In this document: positions 47,248-56,200 of the stretch, piece by piece
Layout: every line of letters begins with the position of its first letter
Numbering within the stretch: the first letter of the stretch is position 1
Source of the DNA: Candidatus Scatavimonas merdigallinarum
GTDB taxonomy: Bacteria; Bacillota; Clostridia; Oscillospirales; Acutalibacteraceae
Assembly (NCBI GenBank): GCA_018713055.1
Contig: DVFW01000042.1
Location: forward strand, 5,802-69,801
DNA: 64,000 bases
Reading direction: 5' to 3'
Translations under genes and position numbers: made by a program
The notes under the pieces: generated by a model
Databases searched by the model: none
Told to the model about the DNA's origin: nothing
The model's input: the letters and a program-made list of their open reading frames with translations, nothing else

Positions 47248-48185
47248 CTTTTACGGCAATTACCGCCGACAGAAAAATGTTTACGCTTTGCAGTCCGCTG
47301 TCCTGTTGTATGGAATATGAGCAGGGGATACCGGCAGACGCTTTAACAGCCGCGTTTCCTTACAGATCCGACATACCGCAGCTTGCGTATATTGTGGTGC
47401 AGAAGGATAAAAAGCCTGTTTTTACAGGCGTAATTGACGAACAGCGCTTTTTATCTGTAGAAGGAGAAGGCATGGTTATGCTTTCTGCCAGAAGCCTGGC
47501 GGCGCTGCTGCTGGACAATGAAGCAATGCCGCAAAACTATAACAACCCGGATGCCCAGACAATTTTTTTGCGGCATATACAACCTCTTGGCATTACACAG
47601 TACAGCTGCGAAAAAAAACCAAGAGCAGCAAGCTTTACGGTGGATAAGGGGTCGACGCATTGGCAGGTTCTTGAAAGTTTTTGCAGGGTTTGTCTGGACA
47701 GTTACCCTGCAGTGGATGAAACCGGACGTGTATGTATGTGCGGACGTCCGGGCGGGGAAAACGCGCTTTTGTTTGCAAATACAGGCGAAGGAATCCGTTT
47801 TACCAGGTTTGAAAAAACAGTGAAACGGTGCAAGCGACTGTCGGAAGTGCTTGTAAAAACATCTGTAGACGGCGCCTATTCGACGCCGGTGCGAAACGCC
47901 GTCGCCCTTTCAGAAGGCGTTATAAGGCGGCGGTATTTAAATGCATCGGAACTGTCTGGGAACAGTGTATTGGACGCAGATAAAATGATCCGGGAAGGGG
48001 AGTATGCATCGGTTGAAATTACACTTAGCTGCCCCAGTCCCCTTTTAGGGTGTATGGGACGTACCGCACGGATTCTGTATGGAGAAGAAACATACGACGG
48101 ATTATATATTAGCGGGCTGCAGTATACCTGTGCACGGGAAGAGGAAAAAACGGTTCTGTTATTTTCAAAATACAGGAAGGAATAA
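47244..48185 (+). CDS. Baseplate hub / late control gpD-like protein (XkdQ / Mu gp44-like)
   Basis: 313 aa. Position and size match the gene that follows the LysM protein in PBSX/Mu modules. Confidence 0.55.
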   Translation: MTFTAITADRKMFTLCSPLSCCMEYEQGIPADALTAAFPYRSDIPQLAYIVVQKDKKPVFTGVIDEQRFLSVEGEGMVMLSARSLAALLLDNEAMPQNYNNPDAQTIFLRHIQPLGITQYSCEKKPRAASFTVDKGSTHWQVLESFCRVCLDSYPAVDETGRVCMCGRPGGENALLFANTGEGIRFTRFEKTVKRCKRLSEVLVKTSVDGAYSTPVRNAVALSEGVIRRRYLNASELSGNSVLDADKMIREGEYASVEITLSCPSPLLGCMGRTARILYGEETYDGLYISGLQYTCAREEEKTVLLFSKYRKE

Positions 48186-48189
48186 AATT

Positions 48190-48537
48190 ATGTGGCTTTT
48201 AAAAAATATGGCGCAAAATGGAAGGACAGAGAAAAAAGCAGATAAAGGAAAAATATCGTCTGTATCTCAATCTTTTGTTACGGTACAAACAGCGCTTGAA
48301 CATCGGAAAATTCCAGTGGTCTGTCCATATGGGCTTGCATATGTACCGGCCCCGGGGGAAGAGTGTGTAACGCTTCCTCTGCAAAACGGGCAAATCTGCA
48401 TTGGTGCTCCCGTAAAAGACAAGGAGTTGCAGCCGGGGGAAATTATGCTGTATTCTGCCGGCGGCGCGACGTTGGTTTTAAAAAATGACGGAACGATTTT
48501 GGCGAATGGAAAAGTCCTGGAAAGCGGGGATGGATAA
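48190..48537 (+). CDS. Baseplate spike / assembly protein V-like (XkdR / Mu gp45-like)
   Basis: ATG at 48190, 115 aa. The segment PGEIMLYSAGGATLVLKNDGTILANGKV resembles the gpV/gp45 N-terminal OB region. Confidence 0.5.
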   Translation: MWLLKNMAQNGRTEKKADKGKISSVSQSFVTVQTALEHRKIPVVCPYGLAYVPAPGEECVTLPLQNGQICIGAPVKDKELQPGEIMLYSAGGATLVLKNDGTILANGKVLESGDG

Positions 48538-48885
48538 ATGGATACAGCATTAAATGACGCTGGGGATTTTGCTCTGGACGGCAGAGGAATGCCTTATCTT
48601 TTGAGCGGCCTTGCGGAACTAATGCAGCGGGTGAAGCTGTGTTTACAGATCAAAAAGGGAAGTTTTCTTTATGACCGCAACCTGGGGTCGGAACTTCATA
48701 CCTTGGAGCACGGCACGGAGCTTTTGCAGCAGAGAGCGCAGATGCTTGTATATGAAGCGGTTGCCGCGGTGCCGCAGGTCAGGCTTTACAACATTCAGGC
48801 TGATTTTCCTCAGGACGGCCCTTTGAAATTATCACTCGATATTGATTTTGCCGGCGAAACGGGAACGCTGGAGGTGACGCTTTAA
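48538..48885 (+). CDS. Baseplate wedge protein gpW/gp25-like (XkdS-like)
   Basis: 115 aa with typical size and position directly upstream of baseplate J. Pattern: LLQRAQMLVYEAVAAVPQVRLYNI. Confidence 0.55.
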   Translation: MDTALNDAGDFALDGRGMPYLLSGLAELMQRVKLCLQIKKGSFLYDRNLGSELHTLEHGTELLQQRAQMLVYEAVAAVPQVRLYNIQADFPQDGPLKLSLDIDFAGETGTLEVTL

Positions 48886-49955
48886 TGGACAGCTATCAGG
48901 AAATTTTGGACAGAATGAAAGAAAAATATAAGGAACTCAGCGGATATGACGCCGACGGGGCGTCGGACATTGGTATACGAATGCAAGTGCTTGCAGGCGA
49001 AGTTTTTTCGCTGAATTGCTATGCACAGTGGATGATCAGACAAATGTTCCCGCAAACGGCGCAGGGGCAACAGCTGGATTATCATGCGCTTGAGCAGGGG
49101 CTTACCAGAAAACCCGCAATTGCGGCAAAGGGGACTTTGTCTTTTTATCTGGAAGAGGCGGCCGGCGAGGACATACAGATTCCTGCCGGTACGGTGTGCG
49201 CAACGGCGGGCGAAGACGCCATGCGTTTTGTAACAACACAGGACGCGACGCTTTCTCAGGGAAGCATTGTGGCAGCCGTTCCGGCTGCGGCGCAGGAAGA
49301 AGGAGCAAAGGGAAATGTGGCGCCCCAGAGTATAAGCGTCATGGTCACACCGCCGGCGGGGATTGCTTATGTAAAAAATACCGTTCCTTTTACAGGCGGA
49401 GAAGACGAAGAGACAGACGAACATCTGCGGCGGCGCATATTGGAAAATCTGCGAAATCCGCCGCGCGGGACAAACAGTGCTTTTTATAAACAGGCAGCTG
49501 AAAGCGTAGACGGCGTATATTCTGCCGGCGTAGCGCCGAAGGCGCGCGGGACGGGAACCGTTAATGTATATATTGCAAAACAGGGGACGGCGGCGCCGCA
49601 ATCGCTTGTGGAGCAGGTACAGGAAAAATTGGAGGCGGAAAGGGAAATTAACGTGGACGTCCTTGTGGCGTCTGCACAGGCGGTTCCGTATGATGTACAT
49701 GCTGAAATAGAGATTGCAGACGGATATACATGGAGTACAATAGAAAGCCAGTGCGAGCAGGCAATTCGTGCGTATTTTGATACAGTCGGCGTTGGACAGG
49801 CGGTACGGACTTCTGGTATAGGCGAGGCAATTTTTCACGTGGCGGGAGTAAAAAGCTATATTTTTGACGATTATTATACAAACGATATACAGGCGCTTGC
49901 ATCCCAGCTTTATGTAGTCAGAAATATTGTATTGACAGAAAGAGGGAGTACATAA
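48885..49955 (+). CDS. Baseplate J-like protein (XkdT / Mu gp47 / P2 gpJ)
   Basis: 356 aa. N-terminus YQEILDRMKEKYKELSGYDADGASDIGIRMQVLAGEVF is typical of the Baseplate_J family. Confidence 0.75.
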   Translation: MDSYQEILDRMKEKYKELSGYDADGASDIGIRMQVLAGEVFSLNCYAQWMIRQMFPQTAQGQQLDYHALEQGLTRKPAIAAKGTLSFYLEEAAGEDIQIPAGTVCATAGEDAMRFVTTQDATLSQGSIVAAVPAAAQEEGAKGNVAPQSISVMVTPPAGIAYVKNTVPFTGGEDEETDEHLRRRILENLRNPPRGTNSAFYKQAAESVDGVYSAGVAPKARGTGTVNVYIAKQGTAAPQSLVEQVQEKLEAEREINVDVLVASAQAVPYDVHAEIEIADGYTWSTIESQCEQAIRAYFDTVGVGQAVRTSGIGEAIFHVAGVKSYIFDDYYTNDIQALASQLYVVRNIVLTERGST

Positions 49956-50521
49956 TGGGCGCAGTGGCATCTATGATCCAAAAACTTGCGCCGCTTGGTG
50001 TTTATGCACTGCAACAGAACAGCGCGGTTTATAAAGAACTGTGCGCGTATGCGGCGGCTCTGGATATCCTTGAAGCAACGCTTTTGCAGGCACAGCAGGA
50101 ATGCTTTATTTGTACGGCGCAATCATACGGGTTGTCGCATAGAGAGATTAATATAGGGCCGGTCAGGGAAGAACTTACCCTGGAAAAACGCAGAGAAATG
50201 TTGTTGTCCAGAGCGGCTCTAAAGCAGGACGATTTTAATAGAAGCGGCGTCGAACAGATGTTAAGTGCGCTTGGACTGGAATTTACGCTTTTTGAGCTTC
50301 CACATCAGCAAACGCTCCATATTGATTGTAAAGGCAGCTATACGCAGGCACAGCGCAAATGGATTTCTTCGCAGGCAATTGCGCAGCTTCCTGCGCATCT
50401 GGATGTGCTTTTGGACTTTAGAAACCTGCAATGGAGCACAATTGATGCAAAAAACCTGACGTTTGCTTCTATGGACGCCAAAGCAATGACATGGAAACAG
50501 ATTGAGAGCTACGGAGTATGA
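49955..50521 (+). CDS. Baseplate/tail protein gpI-like (XkdU / Mu gp48, DUF2313-like)
   Basis: 188 aa. N-terminus KLAPLGVYALQQNSAVYKELCAYAAALDILE resembles YmfQ/XkdU-type proteins. It follows the J gene. Confidence 0.6.
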   Translation: MGAVASMIQKLAPLGVYALQQNSAVYKELCAYAAALDILEATLLQAQQECFICTAQSYGLSHREINIGPVREELTLEKRREMLLSRAALKQDDFNRSGVEQMLSALGLEFTLFELPHQQTLHIDCKGSYTQAQRKWISSQAIAQLPAHLDVLLDFRNLQWSTIDAKNLTFASMDAKAMTWKQIESYGV

Positions 50522-50539
50522 TGAAAGGAAGGACAGAAA

Positions 50540-51004
50540 ATGGCATCTTCAGAAAAAACGGCAAATTTGGGGTTGAACCTGTGGGAACCGGAAGATAAAC
50601 CGATCAGGGCCGACTTTGTGGCTGATAACCAGCTGATTGATCAGGTAGTCGGTACACATACAAAAAATTCCAATATCCACATAACAGCGTCGGAAAAAAC
50701 AAAGCTCAACGAGCCTTATCAGGTAAAAATGTTTGCCGGAACAGGAAGCGCCAGTTTTACCTATACGTTCGATTTTTCCCCTAAATTTGTAGTGGTCTAT
50801 AAAAAGAACGCCCCCATGTTTGTGTATAGTGGCGGCGCAAGTGTTATAAACGGGGCGCTTGCAGCCTCTGTTTATGGCGCGACGCAGGGCGCGCAGCTAA
50901 ATGCGAACAAGCTGACGCTGACGCAACAATCTGCGTCGGTCAACGGCATACGCTGCAATTTAAATGAAGAAGACGGACAGTATGTAATTGTGGCGTACCG
51001 GTGA
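50540..51004 (+). CDS. Short tail-fibre / receptor-binding-like protein
   Basis: 154 aa. N-terminus KTANLGLNLWEPEDKPIRADF is the baseplate-attachment motif common at tail-fibre N-termini. The remainder is beta-rich. It is the last gene before the terminator. Confidence 0.45.
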   Translation: MASSEKTANLGLNLWEPEDKPIRADFVADNQLIDQVVGTHTKNSNIHITASEKTKLNEPYQVKMFAGTGSASFTYTFDFSPKFVVVYKKNAPMFVYSGGASVINGALAASVYGATQGAQLNANKLTLTQQSASVNGIRCNLNEEDGQYVIVAYR

Positions 51005-51020
51005 CATTAAAAGACCGTAC

Positions 51021-51057
51021 AAAAAGGCGGAAGCTTCTTAAGAAGCTTCCGCCTTTT
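51021..51057. terminator. Strong bidirectional terminator closing the phage-like cluster and the convergent mfd operon
   Basis: AAAAA-GGCGGAAGCTTC-TTAA-GAAGCTTCCGCC-TTTT, a perfect 12-bp stem. Confidence 0.85.
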
Positions 51058-51069
51058 ACGTTTAAAGCA

Positions 51070-51882
51070 TTAGCGGTCTTTTCGGTCCGCACCCAGGTCG
51101 ATATCAATTTCTGCCGTATCGTATTTTTGCAGTTTGTTCTTTTTAGGCTGATAAATCGTTTTAGAAGGGGCTTTTCCCTGTAAACGGCCACGTCTGCCGC
51201 CAGAGGCTGCGGCAAGCATTTTTCTGCGTTTGTTTATACAGGTAAATACTACGCAGATGACGCCGATTACTGCGCCCACAATCATGGCAACGCCTAAATA
51301 CAGCATCCACTGAAAGGTGGTCTCGTCATCTGCCGATTTGTTGTTTTTTATAAAGTTAAAATCGTTTGTACCATCCATACTTCCGGAAAAATCAAGCGCC
51401 ATTTCCCAGTCGGAAGCATCCAGCTCGTTTGTATCGACCGATTTGCTTACGTCATACAATTCGTTGGGGGCACTGGAAACGGAGCCGTCATTATTATAGT
51501 CTGCATAGCCATCGTCCGATGAAGTGGAATAACCGTCTGGCGACGGTTCCACAAAAGAAAAATTGTTCTGATATGAATCGTCATAGTAGTCATCGTAATC
51601 GTTGTAGTCATTATAATCGTTGTATGAGGAAGTTTGGCCGCTGGAATCCGGTTGAGAATCGTAGTTGTCTTCAACAGTGCTGGAATCCGGCAATGGCTCC
51701 GGCTGCGGCGGCTCTGTCTGCGATTCGACACCGCTGTCAGAGTATGTGGGGTCTTCATAAATATCATCCGGTTCTCCAACCACGTTGCTGCTGTCTGTCA
51801 CGGCAGCTGCATAGTAGCTGCAAAGACAGGCCAGAAAAACGGGAAGGAGCAATTGCACAAATATACGCAGGCGTTGTTTCAT
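51070..51882 (-). CDS. Signal-peptide plus C-terminal TM-anchored protein with an Asp/Tyr/Asn/Ser-rich low-complexity ectodomain
   Basis: ATG at 51882, 8 nt after GGAGG. N-terminal signal-like helix. Low-complexity runs include NDYNDYNDYDDYYDDSYQNN. TM helix WMLYLGVAMIVGAVIGVICVVF, then a basic tail. Confidence 0.6.
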   Translation of the reverse strand: MKQRLRIFVQLLLPVFLACLCSYYAAAVTDSSNVVGEPDDIYEDPTYSDSGVESQTEPPQPEPLPDSSTVEDNYDSQPDSSGQTSSYNDYNDYNDYDDYYDDSYQNNFSFVEPSPDGYSTSSDDGYADYNNDGSVSSAPNELYDVSKSVDTNELDASDWEMALDFSGSMDGTNDFNFIKNNKSADDETTFQWMLYLGVAMIVGAVIGVICVVFTCINKRRKMLAAASGGRRGRLQGKAPSKTIYQPKKNKLQKYDTAEIDIDLGADRKDR

Positions 51883-52021
51883 TTGCCATGCCTCCAAAAA
51901 AGATTAATACGACTTATAATACCACACAATGGACAAATTTTTCAATACAGATGCAGATTTTCAATTGTTTTTCTGCAAACTGTGCAGTAAAAACCGGTTA
52001 ACAGAAAGCAATAACGGCATA

Positions 52022-53155
52022 TTACAGCACGTCTTTAAACATGGTCGGCTGGTAACTGTTGATAGCGGCGTCATTTTTCTCGCATTCATACGCTTTGGCC
52101 TGCGCATCCATATCTTTTTGATATTCTTCAAATTTCATGGAATACAGCACCGAGCTGCGCTGGGATTCTTCAAAAACATTTTCCGCTTCTTTATTGATGT
52201 CGCCCTTATAGACAAGGTATAAAACAGCGGTGGAATCTTCCCCCACCTGAATTACAGTTGCCTGATTGGCGTCAAGCCCTTCCAGCGCTTCTTTCAGTTC
52301 GTCACCCAGAGAAGAATCTTCTAAAATTTCCGTATTTGTAACGGAAGGATCTTCTTCCAAACCCGCGGCTGTGGTGTAAGCCTGCGCAATTTCGTCATAG
52401 GTTTTGCTGCCGTTGTTGATCTGCTGTGCATAAGCGTTGAAATCGTCTGTGGCTTGTTTGACTTCCTCCTCACTGAAAGCTACAGAGGTTGAATCGGTGG
52501 AGGAAGCGTCGTCGCTTTCACTGTCGGTTGTTGTATACAAATTCATAGGCAAATATGCGTAATTGGTATAGTTTTCTATGAAATAGGCCTTAATTTCGTC
52601 GTCAGAAACAGCCTTTTCACCGCCTATGCCGTAGATTGCGTCAAAAAGCGCGTTGTATTTGGCGGCAAACAGATATTCTGCACGATAAAAAGAGTCCTTG
52701 GAAATCCCCAGCTTTTCATACGTTTGTCCGTAATAGCTCCATGCCTGGTCCGCATTGCTTTCTGCAGCAGTAAGCTCCGTTTCCGAAAGAGTCAGACCCT
52801 TCTGAGCAAAAAGCTTTTCAGTGTTTAACAGGTTTTTGCAAGCGTTTTCAGCCTCCTGCAAAATATAATCCTGTGCGTTTACCTTGTCGCCGTTTGGATC
52901 TTCAATTTCCTGCGTAAGAACGTCCACCGCTTCTGTTGCGGCTTCTGTTCCCGATTGCGTTGCGCTTTCTGTTTGGGCGGAAGAAACCTGGTTGGAAGCA
53001 TATCCGTACGCACCCGACATATAGTAGATATATGTGCCGATAGAAAGCGTGTTTATGTCGTCTTTATATGACCATGATTGGTCAGCGCAACTGGCGCTGA
53101 TTGTAAGCATACCCATTGCAAGGGCCAAAGCAAGCAGCTTTTTTGTTGTTTTCAT
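52022..53155 (-). CDS. Lipoprotein, SurA-N/PrsA-like chaperone domain without a recognisable parvulin domain
   Basis: ATG at 53155. Lipobox LTISASC. The body is a helical Ala/Glu/Tyr-rich domain. It lies immediately downstream of mfd. Confidence 0.5.
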   Translation of the reverse strand: MKTTKKLLALALAMGMLTISASCADQSWSYKDDINTLSIGTYIYYMSGAYGYASNQVSSAQTESATQSGTEAATEAVDVLTQEIEDPNGDKVNAQDYILQEAENACKNLLNTEKLFAQKGLTLSETELTAAESNADQAWSYYGQTYEKLGISKDSFYRAEYLFAAKYNALFDAIYGIGGEKAVSDDEIKAYFIENYTNYAYLPMNLYTTTDSESDDASSTDSTSVAFSEEEVKQATDDFNAYAQQINNGSKTYDEIAQAYTTAAGLEEDPSVTNTEILEDSSLGDELKEALEGLDANQATVIQVGEDSTAVLYLVYKGDINKEAENVFEESQRSSVLYSMKFEEYQKDMDAQAKAYECEKNDAAINSYQPTMFKDVL

Positions 53156-53277
53156 AATGGTATGATCGTTCCTTTCGTTTAATACAAATCGTAAGTAATT
53201 ATACACGTTTGGGACAAATTTGTCTATAATAATTCCATCATTTTAAAAGGAGTTCACAATTTAATTAGAAACAAAAG

Positions 53278-56200
53278 TCATCCGCGCAGGGCAAAAATCG
53301 TATGCAACGCCGCTTGTACAGAAAGATTTTTCCCCATTTTTACCGCAATATAAGGCTTACTTCCGGCGTTTAAGAGCGCCTTGCCTTTCAGGCGCGCGAT
53401 AATATCTGCTACCGCAGGCGACTTTATCTGTTTGACATAGAGCAGAAACGTATAGCCCTGTTGTTTAATTTCATAAATGCCCATAGCTGCGGCAGCGCTG
53501 CGTACCAACGCTATATCAATCAGCCCAAGCACAGCCTGCGGGGGCTCGCCGAAACGGTCAATCAGCTCGTCTGTAACATCGCGCGCATCCTCTTTGTTGC
53601 GGATGTCTGAAATATGACGGTAAATATCAAGCCGTTGGCTTAAGCTTTGAATGTAATCTTCCGGGATATGCGCCTGAATCTGCACGTCGATCAGGCATTC
53701 CAGTTCCGCGCTGCTGTTAGACTGTCCCTTTTCTTCGTTGACAGCCTCGCTAAGCAGCTTTAAATACATATCATAGCCAACGTCTTCCATATGCCCGTGC
53801 TGCTGCGCGCCGAGAATATTTCCTGCGCCGCGCAGTTCCAGGTCGCGCATGGCAATTTTAAAGCCGGAGCCAAACTGTGTGAATTCCCGTATGGCGGTTA
53901 GGCGCTTTTGCGATATTTCGCTGAGCACTTTGTTTTGAACAAACGTAAAATAGGCATAGGCCCGCCTGGAAGAGCGGCCTACGCGCCCGCGCAGCTGGTG
54001 CAATTGGGAAAGCCCCATACAGTCTGCGTTTTCTATAATCAGCGTGTTGGCGTTTGGGAGGTCAATTCCCGTTTCAATAATAGTGGTACATACAAGCACG
54101 TTCACTTCCTGCTCAAGCATCTTGCGCCAAACGCTGGAAAGCTCCTGTTCGGTCATTTTTCCATGTCCAACGGCGATTTTGGCTTCCGGCATCATAGTTC
54201 GCAGTTTTTGGGCCTTTTGCTCTATGCTTTCGACTTTGTTGTGCAGATAGAACACCTGGCCGCCGCGGCGGAGCTCACGGCGGATCGCTTCACAAATTAC
54301 AGCATCGTCATGTTCCAGCACATAGGTTTGTACGGGGTATCTGTCTTGCGGCGCTTCTTCCAAAATCGACATATCGCGTATGCCGCTCATTGCCATATTC
54401 AGCGTTCTTGGAATGGGCGTGGCGGAAAGCGTCAGGACGTCTACATTTTTACAAAGCGCTTTAAACCGTTCCTTTTGCGCCACGCCAAAGCGCTGTTCTT
54501 CATCAATAATACATAATCCCAAGTCGTGAAACTGCACGTCCTTTTGCACCAGCCGATGGGTTCCAACGACCATATCTATGTCGCCGCGCCGCAAACGCCG
54601 GATTATGTCGGCCTGCTGCTTGGAGGAACGAAAACGGGACAAAAGCTCGATCCTTACAGGGTAACCTTCAAAACGACGCAGAACCGTCTGATAATGCTGC
54701 CAGGCAAGAATCGTTGTGGGGCAAAGCAGCGCGCACTGCTTGGAGTCTGTCACACATTTAAATGCGGCGCGCAGCGCAACTTCTGTTTTTCCAAAGCCCA
54801 CGTCGCCGCATAAAAGCCGGTCCATGGGGGCTGTATGCTCCATATCGTTTTTTATTTCGTCTATACAGCGAATCTGGTCTTCCGTTTCTTCATATTCAAA
54901 ACGTGCTTCAAAATCTCTCTGCCAGTCAGAATCCGGCGGGAAGGCGTGACCCTGCGCCTGCATGCGCTGGGCATACAGGGCGATCAGCTCCTTAGCCATA
55001 TCTTTAACGGCGCTCCTGACGCGGGCTTTTGCTTTTTGCCAATCCGTACTGCCCAGCCGGCTTAAACGCACTGCGGAGTTTTCGCGTGGACCAATGTATT
55101 TTGAAATTAAATCTAACTGGGTAACGGGGACGTAAAGTGCATCTTTCTTTGCATATTCGACCTTGATATAGTCCTTTACAATCCCTTGTGTTTCTATTTT
55201 GTGAATACCGCTGAAAATACCAATGCCATGCGTGGAATGGACAACATAATCCCCAACGTTCAGCTCTGCCAGACTGTAAATTTGCCGGGCGTTTTTATTT
55301 TTTGCCTTCTTTTTTCTGGAAGCATGGACAACCTGCCCGTGGGTAATAAGTATGAAATGTAAAGCCGGGTATTCAAACCCGGACGACAGGCAGCCTTCCA
55401 TTACATAAATTTTTCCCTGTACAGGCTGCGAAAGCTGCTCTGTTAACTGTACGGGGAATCCTTTTTCTGAAAGAGCCTGCACAACAGACTGCGCGCTGCG
55501 CGCGGTACCGGCCAGAACGACCACGCTGCTGTTTTTGTGAAAAGCAGCCTGCAGGTCTTCGCAAAGCACCTGGATTGAGCCGCTCCAGGTTGAAAGTTGC
55601 TTGGCGGTGAAAGAAACAAGCTCATGCAGCGGCAGGTCGTAACTGCCGTGTGTAAAATTGTCCAAATAGATCAGCCTTGCCCGCCTGAAAATGTCAAGCA
55701 GGTCTGTCTGGTCAAGGAAATAGGTGTCATATCCTTTGCACAGTGCACCGGTGGAAAAGCAGTCTTTCAGTTCTTCCTCAAACAGACGCGTATACGCACG
55801 CATGCGGTCGTTTGTTTTGACAGGCTCAGAGATAAAAAGAAAGTCTTCCCCGCCCATATAATCAAAAAGTGTAGCCGGCTTTTCATAAACCAGACTGATA
55901 AATTTATCTTTAGAAGCAATTGTAAGCCCGTTTTTCAAAGCGTCTGCTTCATTTTGCAAAACCTGGCGCGCAAGCGGCGCCGCTTTGCCGCGCAGCAAGG
56001 CGGCGTGGCGCTCAATTTGTAGGGCGAGCGCGTTTTTATCCTGGATCAGAACTTCGGTGGAGGGGGTAAGCGTCAGTTCTTCAATATATTCGGTTCTGCG
56101 TTGGGTTTCCGGATCAAAATAATTGAGCGTGTCAACCTGGTCGCCCCAGAATTCTGCACGCACAGGAGCCGGGGCATCCGGCATGTAAAAGTCCAGAATA

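Larger units (their letters stand above)
39621..51004 (+). mobile_element. Compact phage-derived structural cluster of 17 co-directional ORFs (packaging, head, neck, Mu/PBSX-type baseplate). It has no integrase, regulator, replication, sheath, normal tape measure or lysis genes. GTA-like or domesticated element.
   Basis: See the individual ORFs. Many start/stop overlaps indicate translational coupling: 41393/41402, 42558/42601, ATGA at 45395 and 45784, GTGA at 46723, ATGA at 47244, TAAATG at 48535, TAATG at 48883 and 49953. The cluster is bracketed by terminators at 39251-39290, 39512-39548 and 51021-51057, and flanked by trpB2 and the mfd operon. Confidence 0.75.

Noticed and set aside
48882-49970. 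362-aa minus-strand ORF covering the whole baseplate J gene
   Set aside because: The translation is Cys/Arg/Phe-rich and low-complexity, as is typical of an antisense shadow frame. The plus-strand ORF has a recognisable Baseplate_J N-terminus and is translationally coupled to its neighbours. No RBS was seen.
51590-51625. Short tandem DNA repeat (AATCGTTGTAGTCATTAT-like units)
   Set aside because: This is the coding sequence of the NDYNDYNDY low-complexity run within the 51070-51882 gene. It is not a CRISPR array or an independent repeat element.
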